DNA of 60,113 nucleotides, the filler included, from Spirochaetales bacterium (GTDB lineage Bacteria > Spirochaetota > Spirochaetia > Treponematales > UBA12059), in NCBI GenBank assembly GCA_016928955.1. It is 2 parts of 2 records of this genome, joined end to end, with 100 filler letters (N's around TTAATTAATTAA, not from the genome) between each part and the next. Parts side by side here need not be neighbours in the genome. Positions count along the whole stretch, not along the records: positions 1 to 29,007 come from JAFGJV010000018.1; 1 more part is not named here. The stretch is one strand, 5' to 3'. Shown one piece after another: positions 1 through 9,093 of the stretch. Each line of letters starts with the position of its first letter. The first letter of the stretch is position 1. The notes under the pieces were generated by a model. The model was not told the origin of the DNA and made no database searches. It was given only the letters and a program-made list of their open reading frames with translations. A program made the translations under genes and the position numbers.

Positions 1-129
1 CCCGAAGCCGGCGCGCAGCGCTGTCTGCCAGGTGGCTTCGTATCGCCAGTCGCGCCGACGCGTAGCGGCGCCGCGACGCTTTTGACCAAGCTGACATCTT
101 GGCTTAAGCTTCCAAGTCGGGGGGGCGGC

Positions 130-531
130 ATGGGGCAGGACGGCGAGAGAGCGATACTATGCGTGGATGACGAAGTCATCATACTCATGTCGCTCCGCAT
201 GGAGCTCAGGAAGGGACTGGGCGGCCAGATTGTCGTGGAAACGGCCACCGACCTGGCTGGAGCCATGGAAGCGGCGGAAGGCCTCAAGAAGGAAGGTGTC
301 AAGCTTTCCTGCCTGATCACCGACTGGATGCTCCCCGATGTGCCGGGCGACGAACTGGCGCTCAAAGTAAGGAGCGTGTGGCCGGCCCTGCCCGTTATCC
401 TCATGACCGGCCACGCGGACAGCGCGCGAGCCGAGCGCACGCTCAGCTCGGGCGGACCGTTCAGCGTGCTCCGAAAGCCCTGGCAGGCTCCTGCCCTGAT
501 AGAATGCGTCAAAGCCTTTCTTGAACTGTAA
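130..531 (+). CDS. Single-domain response regulator (receiver)
   Basis: CVDDE acidic pocket, ITDWMLP phospho-Asp, LMTG and KPW motifs; TTGACC-17-TAAGCT promoter at 82-110. Confidence 0.85.
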   Translation: MGQDGERAILCVDDEVIILMSLRMELRKGLGGQIVVETATDLAGAMEAAEGLKKEGVKLSCLITDWMLPDVPGDELALKVRSVWPALPVILMTGHADSARAERTLSSGGPFSVLRKPWQAPALIECVKAFLEL

Positions 532-636
532 TTCTGCCTCGCCTGTTCCTATGAAAAAAAACATTGCGGAAATCCGTTTTCTGGACAACCATAGTATCCA
601 GCAACGTTACGTCGGTGACGAAGGAGGTTCCGGATC

Positions 637-2277
637 ATGGAATTGCACTACGGGCTTCTATCGATTTTGCCGCCTCTGCTGACGATCATCCTGGCCATCG
701 CGACCAAGGATGTGATCGTCTCGCTGTTTGTGGGTATCCTGTCTGGTACCCTCATAGCAGCGGGAGGCAACCCGTTCTACGCTCTGACCCGGCTGTCGGA
801 CGTACTAGCAGACAACCTTGCGGACGGATGGAACATGCGCATTCTCCTGTTCACCATCCTCCTGGGTCTTCTGGTGGGCATGTTGGCCAAAACGGGCGCG
901 GCGTATTCCCTGGGCAGCTGGGCGAGCAAGCGCATCAAGACCAAGACGGGCGCCCTGCTGTTCACGTGGTTCTTCGGGATCCTGATTTTCTTCGACGACT
1001 ACTTCAACAGCCTGACCATCGGCACCTGCATGCGGCCGTTGTGCGACGCCAAGAAGATCAGCCGCGCCAAATTGTCGTATATACTGGACTCCACGGCGGC
1101 GCCGGTGGCAATCATGGCGCCCGTATCGACCTGGGTGGTGTACGTGATGGGAACGTACAAGGACATGCCTGAGTTCACCAGTCTCGGGATGAACGAGCTG
1201 TCCTTCTTTGTCCGCTCCATACCCTTCAACCTGTATGCCATCTTCGCCGTGCTCATGGTGATGTTCATCGCCGTCACGCACAAGGATTTCGGACCCATGG
1301 CCCGGTCCGAGGCGCGCGCGGAGAAGGGCATAGGGCTGTTTGACGAAAAGCGCTACGGCGCCGTGGTCAGCCAGGTGGAATCAAAGGCGGAGACGAGCAA
1401 GGCCAAGGTGTTCGACTTCCTCATCCCGATCTTCTTCCTGATCGCCATAGCGCTGTTCTTCTTCCCCATGACCTCATGGATGCTGGCCATAGACGGAGAG
1501 ACCGTCACCACGCTCGGGCAGGCCATGAAGACCATGACCTTTGGCGAGGCCTTCAACGGCACCGACTCGTCCATGGCGCTGACCTACGCGGCCATATTCA
1601 CCAACGTTTTCGCGTACATCTACTTCATACTGCGAAAGCTCCTGAACGTGCGTGCCGCGGGAGAGGCACTGCTGGATGGGTTCCGAGCCATGGTTCCTGC
1701 CGTCATGATCCTGGCCCTGGCCTGGTCGCTCGGCTCCATCATCAAGACCAGCCGCGCTGACGGCGGCATAGGGTTGGCCGAGTACGTGTCTGAAATAGTC
1801 GTCAGCGGCAACTTCCCGATGTGGCTGGTGCCCCTGGTGGTGTACCTCTTCTCCTGCCTTATATCCTTTGCGTCCGGCACGAGCTGGGGAACCATGGGTA
1901 TCATGATACCCATAGCGGTACCGGTCATCGGCAGTCTGGCAAAGGCCACCGGCATCCCGCTCAACGAGACCATCAACGCAACGGCGCTGACGGTCGCGGC
2001 GGTCATGGGAGGCTCGGTGTTTGGCGACCACTGCTCGCCCATATCGGACACCACGGTGCTGTCATCAACGGGAGCGGCGGTGCCGCATCTAGAGCATGTC
2101 AGCACCCAGCTTCCCTACGCGGTATTCGTGGCGGTGTGCGTGCTGGCGGGAACCCTGGTCGCCGGCCTGACCTGGAGCGCCATACCCGGGCTCCTCGTAA
2201 CGGCGGCCCTCTTCGTGGCGGGTATCTTCCTGCTGCCCAAGTGGTTCGGCGCCCAGCGTTACAAGCTGGAGGAATAA
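637..2277 (+). CDS. Na+/H+ antiporter NhaC family transporter (amino-acid/cation type)
   Basis: Multi-TM 546 aa with IFFDDYFN, LDSTAAP, GTSWGT and GDHCSPISDTTVLSS motifs; GGAGG SD upstream. Confidence 0.85.
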   Translation: MELHYGLLSILPPLLTIILAIATKDVIVSLFVGILSGTLIAAGGNPFYALTRLSDVLADNLADGWNMRILLFTILLGLLVGMLAKTGAAYSLGSWASKRIKTKTGALLFTWFFGILIFFDDYFNSLTIGTCMRPLCDAKKISRAKLSYILDSTAAPVAIMAPVSTWVVYVMGTYKDMPEFTSLGMNELSFFVRSIPFNLYAIFAVLMVMFIAVTHKDFGPMARSEARAEKGIGLFDEKRYGAVVSQVESKAETSKAKVFDFLIPIFFLIAIALFFFPMTSWMLAIDGETVTTLGQAMKTMTFGEAFNGTDSSMALTYAAIFTNVFAYIYFILRKLLNVRAAGEALLDGFRAMVPAVMILALAWSLGSIIKTSRADGGIGLAEYVSEIVVSGNFPMWLVPLVVYLFSCLISFASGTSWGTMGIMIPIAVPVIGSLAKATGIPLNETINATALTVAAVMGGSVFGDHCSPISDTTVLSSTGAAVPHLEHVSTQLPYAVFVAVCVLAGTLVAGLTWSAIPGLLVTAALFVAGIFLLPKWFGAQRYKLEE

Positions 2278-2282
2278 GTGCG

Positions 2283-2316
2283 AAAGGCGGCCGCTGTAAC
2301 AGCGGCCGCCTTTTTT
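2283..2316 (+). terminator. Rho-independent terminator
   Basis: AAAGGCGGCCGCTG-TAA-CAGCGGCCGCCTTT stem followed by T-run. Confidence 0.85.
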
Positions 2317-2349
2317 ATTTCATGGCGGCTCTTGTAGCCCGCTCGTCAT

Positions 2350-2382
2350 AGGGGCCAGTCATAGCGACTGGCCCCTTTTTTC
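2350..2382 (+). terminator. Second, tandem Rho-independent terminator
   Basis: GGGGCCAGTC-ATAGC-GACTGGCCCC followed by T7. Confidence 0.75.
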
Positions 2383-2467
2383 AAACCTGCGCTAAAGCCT
2401 ACCACATGGTCTCCCGCGCTTCCCCGCAATTAAGGTACGTGCTATACTGGCCAAAACGGAGGAACCT

Positions 2468-3169
2468 GTGGTAGATAAACCCGTACTCAGAGCCGCAGAG
2501 GCAGCGGCGATGGTCCACGCGGGGCAGACCGTGCATGTGGGCGGCTTTCTTGGTTGCGGCTCGCCGGATACCGTGCTGGCCGCCCTGGAACGCTCCGGCG
2601 CAAAGGGCCTGACCCTTGTATGCAACGACACGTCCATCCTGAACGAGAAGACGGGCGTGATTAACGGCGTGGCTCCCCTCATCAAGGCAGGCGCTTTCAG
2701 CAAGGTGATCGTGTCCCACATAGGCACCAACCCGGAGACCCAGCGCCAGATGAACGATGGCAAGCTGGAGGTCGTGCTGGTGCCGCAGGGCACCCTGGCA
2801 GAGCGAGTGCGCGCGGCCGGCGCTGGACTTGGCGGCATTCTGACGCCGACCGGCGTGGGCACCGAGGTGGAGACGGGCAAGCAGAAATTGCTCATCGGCG
2901 ACCGGGCCTATCTCCTGGAAGAGGCATTGCCAGGCGACGTGGCCCTGATCAAGGCAAAAAAAGCCGACCGCGCCGGCAACCTGGTCTATTCCAAGACAGC
3001 CCGGAACTTCAACCCGCTGATGGCAACGGCGTGCAAGCTGGTCATAGCCGAGGTGGAGGAACTGGTCGGCATAGGCGACATAGATCCCGACCAGGTGCAC
3101 ACCCCTAACATCTTTGTGGATTATATCGTTATGGCTGACGGGGCTCAGGGCCAAGGAGCGGGACGATGA
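2468..3169 (+). CDS. atoD: 3-oxoacid/acetate CoA-transferase subunit A
   Basis: VGGFLGCG, SHIGTNP, PQGTLAERVRAAGAGLGG and ARNFNP motifs; GGAGG SD and extended -10 TGcTATACT. Confidence 0.9.
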   Translation: MVDKPVLRAAEAAAMVHAGQTVHVGGFLGCGSPDTVLAALERSGAKGLTLVCNDTSILNEKTGVINGVAPLIKAGAFSKVIVSHIGTNPETQRQMNDGKLEVVLVPQGTLAERVRAAGAGLGGILTPTGVGTEVETGKQKLLIGDRAYLLEEALPGDVALIKAKKADRAGNLVYSKTARNFNPLMATACKLVIAEVEELVGIGDIDPDQVHTPNIFVDYIVMADGAQGQGAGR

Positions 3170-3831
3170 TAGAATATGCTGAAAACAAGGCCATCATCGC
3201 CAAGCGCATCGCGCGCTTTTTCAAGACAGGCGACGTGGTAAACCTGGGCATAGGCCTGCCCACCATGGTCGGCAATTACGTGCCGGAAGGCGTCACCGTG
3301 ATACTGCAGTCGGAGAACGGCCTCATAGGCCTGGGCCCCGCTCCGGAGCCGGGCAAAGAGGACAAGGACCTCACCAACGCGGGCGGCATGCCGGTCAGCA
3401 TACAGGTGGGGGGCGCCTTCTTCGATTCGGCCACCAGCTTTGGCATCATACGCGGCGGACACGTGGACTACACCGTGCTGGGCGTGCTTGAGGTCGACCA
3501 GGAAGGCAACCTGGCCAATTACAAGATACCGGGCAAGATGGTGCCGGGCATGGGCGGGGCAATGGACCTGACCACCGGGTCAAAAATCGTGATCGCCGCC
3601 ACCACGCACCTGGAAAAGTCCGGCGCGTCCAAGCTCAAGCGCCGCTGTTCCCTGCCGCTCACCGCCGTGCGCGAGGTGAACATCGTGGTGACGGACGTAG
3701 GATTCTTTGAGGTAATGGGCGACAAGTTCCATCTGATAGAGTATTTCCCGCCGTACACGCCGGAGTGGATCGTGGCGCATACGGACGCGGACATCGTTGT
3801 GCGCGAGGGCTGTTCGGCCTGCGAGTGCTGA
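3166..3831 (+). CDS. atoA: 3-oxoacid/acetate CoA-transferase subunit B
   Basis: [13 protein letters not shown] (catalytic Glu), [12 protein letters not shown] overlap with subunit A. Confidence 0.9.
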   Translation: MIEYAENKAIIAKRIARFFKTGDVVNLGIGLPTMVGNYVPEGVTVILQSENGLIGLGPAPEPGKEDKDLTNAGGMPVSIQVGGAFFDSATSFGIIRGGHVDYTVLGVLEVDQEGNLANYKIPGKMVPGMGGAMDLTTGSKIVIAATTHLEKSGASKLKRRCSLPLTAVREVNIVVTDVGFFEVMGDKFHLIEYFPPYTPEWIVAHTDADIVVREGCSACEC

Positions 3832-3877
3832 CGGCCAGGGCTGGAATATCGTGGTAGAGGATAAAGGGAGCGAAATC

Positions 3878-5053
3878 ATGTCTGACGTTTTCATCATGAG
3901 CGCCGCGCGGACGGCCATAGGGAGTTTTGGCGGCAGCCTGGCCGGCGTGGGTACGGCCGAGCTTGGAACCACGGTGGTCAAGGCAGCCATGGAGCGGGCG
4001 GGCCTCAGCCCGGACGCGGTGGACGAGGTGCTTCTGGGCTGCGTCCTCCAGGCAGGCCTCGGTCAGAACGTGGCGCGCCAGGCCCTGATCAAATCCGGCA
4101 TACCGAGGGAGCGCACGGCCATGACCGTCAATATGGTGTGCGGCTCCGGCCTCCGCGCCGTGGCTTCCGCCGCCCAGGCCATCAAGGCTGGCGACTGCGG
4201 GTTGGTGGTCGCGGGGGGAGCGGAGAACATGAGCGCCGCGCCGTATATCCTCAGGCAGGCGCGCACGGGTTACCGCATGGGCAACGGCGAGCTGGTGGAC
4301 TCGATGATATACGAGGGACTCACCGACATATTCAACGGCTACCACATGGGCATCACGGCCGAAAACATAGCCGAGCGCTACAAGCTGACTCGGGAGGAGC
4401 AGGACGCCTTTGCCGCGGCAAGCCAGAACAAGGCGGAAGCCGCCATGGCAAGCGGCCGCTTCAAGGACGAGATCGTGCCCGTGCTCATACCCCAGAAAAA
4501 GGGCGACGCGCTTGTGTTCGATCGCGACGAGTTCCCGCGGGCGGGCGTTACAGCCGAGGCGCTGGCCAAGCTCAGGCCGGCCTTCAAGCCTGACGGCACG
4601 GTGACGGCCGGCAACTCGTCGGGCATCAACGACGGGGCCGCGGCCCTGGTGGTCGCGTCCGAGGCGGCGGCCAAGACAGGCAAACCCCTGGCGCGCATCG
4701 TGTCCTACGGCTGGTCCGGCGTTGACCCTGCGGTGATGGGCCTTGGCCCCATCGAGGCGACCCGGCTGGCCCTGAAGCGGGCGGGATGGAAACTGGCCGA
4801 CGTGGACCTTATCGAGGCCAATGAAGCTTTTGCGGCCCAGAGCCTGGCCGTGGCCAGAGACCTGGAGTTTGACATGGGTAGGGTCAACGTGAACGGCGGA
4901 GCCATAGCCCTGGGGCATCCCATTGGCGCGTCAGGCGCCCGAATTCTGGTGACCCTCCTGCACGAGATGGGCAAGCGCAAGGCCAAAAAGGGCCTGGCCA
5001 CGCTCTGCATAGGCGGCGGCATGGGCATAGCCCTGTGCGTTGAGGCCGTGTGA
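3878..5053 (+). CDS. atoB: Acetyl-CoA C-acetyltransferase (thiolase)
   Basis: [24 protein letters not shown] and CIGGG motifs. Confidence 0.95.
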   Translation: MSDVFIMSAARTAIGSFGGSLAGVGTAELGTTVVKAAMERAGLSPDAVDEVLLGCVLQAGLGQNVARQALIKSGIPRERTAMTVNMVCGSGLRAVASAAQAIKAGDCGLVVAGGAENMSAAPYILRQARTGYRMGNGELVDSMIYEGLTDIFNGYHMGITAENIAERYKLTREEQDAFAAASQNKAEAAMASGRFKDEIVPVLIPQKKGDALVFDRDEFPRAGVTAEALAKLRPAFKPDGTVTAGNSSGINDGAAALVVASEAAAKTGKPLARIVSYGWSGVDPAVMGLGPIEATRLALKRAGWKLADVDLIEANEAFAAQSLAVARDLEFDMGRVNVNGGAIALGHPIGASGARILVTLLHEMGKRKAKKGLATLCIGGGMGIALCVEAV

Positions 5054-5208
5054 GGCAGGTTGGCGCCGCGCGCTGAAAATGATGCGGCGCTTCTGCATGA
5101 ATCACGTGGGTACGCAAGCCCGGAGTCTGCCTGGCCATGAGCGCGGGCAGGGCCCGGGCTTTGCTTTCCTGGCAGCACGGAGCGGCAATTGTGATTGAAG
5201 GGGGACCT

Positions 5209-5616
5209 ATGGCTTTATTCATCTGGGACGATTCGCTGGCCACGGGCATAGAGGCCATCGACAACCAACACAAAAAACTCGTGTCGCTGGTCAACCAGCT
5301 GCACGACGCCATGCGGGAACGGAAAGCCAAAGAGGTGATCGGCGGTCTGTTCACCGAGCTCAAGGACTACACGGTGTACCATTTTGCCACCGAGGAGCGA
5401 GCTTTCAAGGACTACGGGTACGCCGCCGCCGCCGAGCACGCGTCGTCGCACAAACGCCTTATCGACAGCCTGGACGAGCTGGCCCAGAAAGAGGCCAGGG
5501 GAGAGCTGGCCGTGTCCGTGGACACGCTGACCTTCCTCATAGACTGGGTCAAGACCCACATCATGAAGGAAGACAAGCTGTACGTGCCGACCCTAAAAGG
5601 CAAGCACATAGCCTGA
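5209..5616 (+). CDS. Bacteriohemerythrin (single domain)
   Basis: W...TGIEAIDNQH, HFATEE, H-x3-H and HIMKED di-iron ligand pattern. Confidence 0.92.
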   Translation: MALFIWDDSLATGIEAIDNQHKKLVSLVNQLHDAMRERKAKEVIGGLFTELKDYTVYHFATEERAFKDYGYAAAAEHASSHKRLIDSLDELAQKEARGELAVSVDTLTFLIDWVKTHIMKEDKLYVPTLKGKHIA

Positions 5617-5642
5617 GGATCGGGGCGAGCCGACACGTTTCC

Positions 5643-7541
5643 TTACGAGCGGAAGCGGTCCATCTGCCGGTTGACCCGGCCGATGGACTCTATGTTGCTC
5701 GTGATCATGGCGACGATGTCGCTGAAGGTCGACCCTATCTGTTCCACGTCGCCGGTGATGCGACGCATTTCGCCCCGCACCAGGTCGGACAGCTCGTTGA
5801 GGCGGCGCATGCCGTCCACCAGGCTGGTGGCGCTCTCGCTCATCTCAGCCGCGCCAACCTTGACCGTCTCCGTGACGCCGTTCATGGCCGTAATGGCTTC
5901 CAGCACCTGTTTGGAGCCGGCGGACTGCTCGTGCATGGCGTTGCGTATCTCGTCCTGGAAACGGTTGACGGTCTCTATGAGCGACGACACGTCGTCAAAG
6001 CCCTTGGACGCCCCGTCGGCGGCGCTCACGGCCAGGTCTATGGAGTCCTTCACTTCCTTGAGGCGCCTGGCCACTTCCTTGGACTGGGTGCCCGACTTTT
6101 CGGCCAGTTTGCGTATCTCGTCGGCCACCACCGAGAAGCCGGCGCCCGCGTCTCCGGCGTGGGCGGCCTCTATGGCAGCGTTCATGGCCAGGAGGTTGGT
6201 CTGGGCGCTGATGGCGGCTATCAGCTTGTTGGCGTCCACCAGCATGGTGGACATTTCCGCCGCCTTGACGATCAGGGCGTTGGTTTCGGCTATGCGCTGC
6301 TTGCCGGAGCTGGCCGCGCTGGTCAGCCGCTCATAGTAGCTGTCCACCTGCTCTATGCTCGAGCTGACCGACTGGATATTGCCTATCATCTGCTCTATGC
6401 CTGCGCTGGACTCGGTGACTATGGCCGCCTGCTCGTCTATGGCCTTGTGCAAGCTCTGTATGTTCCTGTCTATCACTTCTATGGACGCGCTGGATTCCTT
6501 GACCGACGTCGCTTCCTTCTCCACGGTTTCGTCCACGTCGCCCACGGACACCGTGATCTCTTTCAGGGCGTTCCTGAGCTGGTCTGTGCCGCCTGTGAGG
6601 GTGGCGCAGGCCTGGTCCAGGACATTCATGGTGTCCGATATGTCGGCGACCATGGTCCTGAGGCCTTCCGTGTAGCCATTGAACGCGTCCGCAAGGCCGC
6701 CTATGGCGTCGAAATTCAGCATGGCCGCGTGCGCGGACAGGTCCACGGCCTCGGACGAGCTCAAGTCCAGGATGCGCTTCCGGAGGAGCTTGGCCTGGAG
6801 ATCGTCCTCGTGCCTGGACAGCACGACCATGGCAAGGGCCACCAGCCCGATGATGGAGCCCGTGACTATGAGGGATGCCACCGGGTTGGACAGGCCCCGG
6901 GCGGCCGGGTCCCTGGCTATGAAATAGTTGGCCACGTAGGCCAGGTGGACCACGGTGGCTCCTACGGTGGACAGCATGGTTATGAAGTCCCTGGTCTCGG
7001 AGAACACGTCGCGCTCGCCCTGGCGGATTCGGGCCATGTCCAGGGAGCGTTTGGGCTCAAGGAGTATCAGGTCTATGATCAGGGCGTTCAGGGTGGCCGA
7101 CAGCATGCCCTCGGTGATCTTGAAGGCCAGGACCCAGCCCAGGGGCGTGCCGCCCGGGCTCTTCCAGTCGTTCATGGCGTAGAAGGCTATGGTGCCGGCC
7201 ACCCAGAAGAGCACGGTAACCATGATGACGGCCCAGGGCACGCCAAGGGCCGCTTTCCTGGCAGCCGCGTAGCCCGCTTCGTCACTCTTGTCAGGTTTGG
7301 CCAGGAAGCGCATGAGCGGCTTGAGCAAAAGCCACACAAGACCTATGAGTATGATCTGCATCACCAGCACCAGGGCAAAGATCAAGGGCTTCTGGAAGGT
7401 GAAGGTGATGCGCTCAAAGATGCTTGCGTCCAGGGCGGTGTTGAACAGGTGGGTAAAAGCCTCGCCCAGAAGGAGGGTCGCCACGGGGGTGGCGACGATG
7501 GATATGACGATCCTGCCGAAAAACTTGTTATCTTTTCTCAT
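5643..7541 (-). CDS. Methyl-accepting chemotaxis protein with multi-TM N-terminus
   Basis: [35 protein letters not shown] signalling hairpin; several N-terminal hydrophobic helices; TGGACA-17-TATACT promoter at 7670-7642. Confidence 0.92.
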   Translation of the reverse strand: MRKDNKFFGRIVISIVATPVATLLLGEAFTHLFNTALDASIFERITFTFQKPLIFALVLVMQIILIGLVWLLLKPLMRFLAKPDKSDEAGYAAARKAALGVPWAVIMVTVLFWVAGTIAFYAMNDWKSPGGTPLGWVLAFKITEGMLSATLNALIIDLILLEPKRSLDMARIRQGERDVFSETRDFITMLSTVGATVVHLAYVANYFIARDPAARGLSNPVASLIVTGSIIGLVALAMVVLSRHEDDLQAKLLRKRILDLSSSEAVDLSAHAAMLNFDAIGGLADAFNGYTEGLRTMVADISDTMNVLDQACATLTGGTDQLRNALKEITVSVGDVDETVEKEATSVKESSASIEVIDRNIQSLHKAIDEQAAIVTESSAGIEQMIGNIQSVSSSIEQVDSYYERLTSAASSGKQRIAETNALIVKAAEMSTMLVDANKLIAAISAQTNLLAMNAAIEAAHAGDAGAGFSVVADEIRKLAEKSGTQSKEVARRLKEVKDSIDLAVSAADGASKGFDDVSSLIETVNRFQDEIRNAMHEQSAGSKQVLEAITAMNGVTETVKVGAAEMSESATSLVDGMRRLNELSDLVRGEMRRITGDVEQIGSTFSDIVAMITSNIESIGRVNRQMDRFRS

Positions 7542-7711
7542 TTCGTGTAGCGGCTCCAGGTGGATATGCGTTGGCCCACAAGGGGCTTTCCTGCCATCGC
7601 GCCGGAGCAAGCGCGTCCGCGGGCGCCCCGGTTTCCCACTAAGTATAGGTGGCCGTTTTGTGCTTGTCCAATCAGGCGCTTGACAAAAAACGGGCGTGAA
7701 CGTGGGTAGGC

Positions 7712-7738
7712 AAAAAAAGGCCGCCCCGTGGGGCGGCC
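7712..7738 (-). terminator. Terminator of pepT
   Basis: GGCCGCCCC/GGGGCGGCC stem with T7 tail on the minus strand. Confidence 0.75.
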
Positions 7739-7774
7739 CGGTTTTGGCCTACGCCGGCGGAAACCGGCCGGTCG

Positions 7775-9031
7775 TCAGGCCGCCCACAGCTTCATGAGCT
7801 CTATGAGGGTATCCACGCCCAGGACCATCTCGGACGCGCTGGCCCATTCGTGGCGGCCGTGGAAATTGTGCATGCCCGCGAACACGTTAGGCGTGGGTAT
7901 GCCCATTTCCGTCAGGCGCGCGCCGTCCGTGCCGCCGCGTATGGGCTTGGAGTAGGGTTCGGCCCCGGCTTTGCGAGCCGCCTCGTACAGAAGCTCGAGC
8001 ACGCGGGGATTCTCGTCCAGCTTTTTCTTCATGTTGAGGTACTGCTTCTTGAATTCCACGGCTACCTGGCCGCCGGGGAACTGGGCCTCCACGGCCGCCG
8101 CCCAGGCCTTGACGGCGGCTATGCGCCGCTCCATGCCCTGGTCGCTGAAGTCGCGGAGGAGTATGTCCAGGGTGGCCGACTCAAGGCCTCCGTGCATCTC
8201 GTGCGGGTAGTAGTAGCCGAACCATCCGTCGGTGGCCTCGGGGCTTTCGGAGCGCGGCAGCATGCCCACAAAGCTGGCGGCCATGGACAGGGCGTTGGCC
8301 ATGACGCCGCGGGCGTAGCCTGGGTGGCTGGCCTTGCCCGTGAATTTGAGCGACGCCTCGTAGGCGGTGAAGCACTCCGACTCGATCTCGCCGCCCTTGC
8401 CGCCGTCCAGGGTGTAGCACGCGGCCGCCTTGATGTTCTGCAGGGGGAAGAGGTCCATGCCCTTGCCGGTTTCCTCGTCCGGGGTAAAGATGGCGTACAG
8501 GGGCCCGTGCTTTATGGACGGGTCGCGCAGGACAGCGGACAGGGCCGTCATGATGATGGCCACACCGCCCTTGTCGTCGGCGCCCAGGAGGGTGGTGCCG
8601 TCGGTGACGATGATGGTGTCGCCCCGGTATTCGGCGAGCTCAGGGAAGTCCGCGGGGTCCAGGGTCCATCCGGGGGACAGGGCCAGGGCCTTGCCGTCGT
8701 AATTCTGGACGACGCGGGGTTTGACGTTGGCGCCGCTCACGTCGCTGGCCGTGTCCACGTGGGCCATAAAGCCTACGGCGGGCTTGCCTTCCATGCCGGG
8801 GCTGGCCGGAATCGACGCTATCACGTAGCAGTGGTCGTCGATGCTGACGTCCTTGATGCCCAGGGCCGCAAGCTCGTCCACCAGGAGGCGGGCCAGGTCC
8901 CACTGGGATTCCGTGGACGGGATGGCCGCGTTGTGGCGGTCGCTCGTCGTCTCGATCTTGGCGTAGCGGACCAGCCGCTCCACGACTTCGGCCGTGTGCG
9001 GCCGCTTGAGTATGGCTGCGAAGTCTTTCAT
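7775..9031 (-). CDS. pepT: Peptidase T (M20B tripeptidase)
   Basis: AHVDT, TDGTTLLGADDK, FTPDEE, IRGGTDG and HNFHG motifs. Confidence 0.93.
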   Translation of the reverse strand: MKDFAAILKRPHTAEVVERLVRYAKIETTSDRHNAAIPSTESQWDLARLLVDELAALGIKDVSIDDHCYVIASIPASPGMEGKPAVGFMAHVDTASDVSGANVKPRVVQNYDGKALALSPGWTLDPADFPELAEYRGDTIIVTDGTTLLGADDKGGVAIIMTALSAVLRDPSIKHGPLYAIFTPDEETGKGMDLFPLQNIKAAACYTLDGGKGGEIESECFTAYEASLKFTGKASHPGYARGVMANALSMAASFVGMLPRSESPEATDGWFGYYYPHEMHGGLESATLDILLRDFSDQGMERRIAAVKAWAAAVEAQFPGGQVAVEFKKQYLNMKKKLDENPRVLELLYEAARKAGAEPYSKPIRGGTDGARLTEMGIPTPNVFAGMHNFHGRHEWASASEMVLGVDTLIELMKLWAA

Positions 9032-9093
9032 GCGCGCCAGTATGTACCGACCTGGGAAAATCCGCAAGGCTTGACCGGTTCCAGGCGAGCCGG

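Noticed and set aside
3805..3831. Selenocysteine read-through at the Cys-rich end (CSACEC-TGA) of CoA-transferase subunit B
   Set aside because: The protein is already of normal length, no SECIS-like hairpin is evident, and the thiolase has its own SD and start
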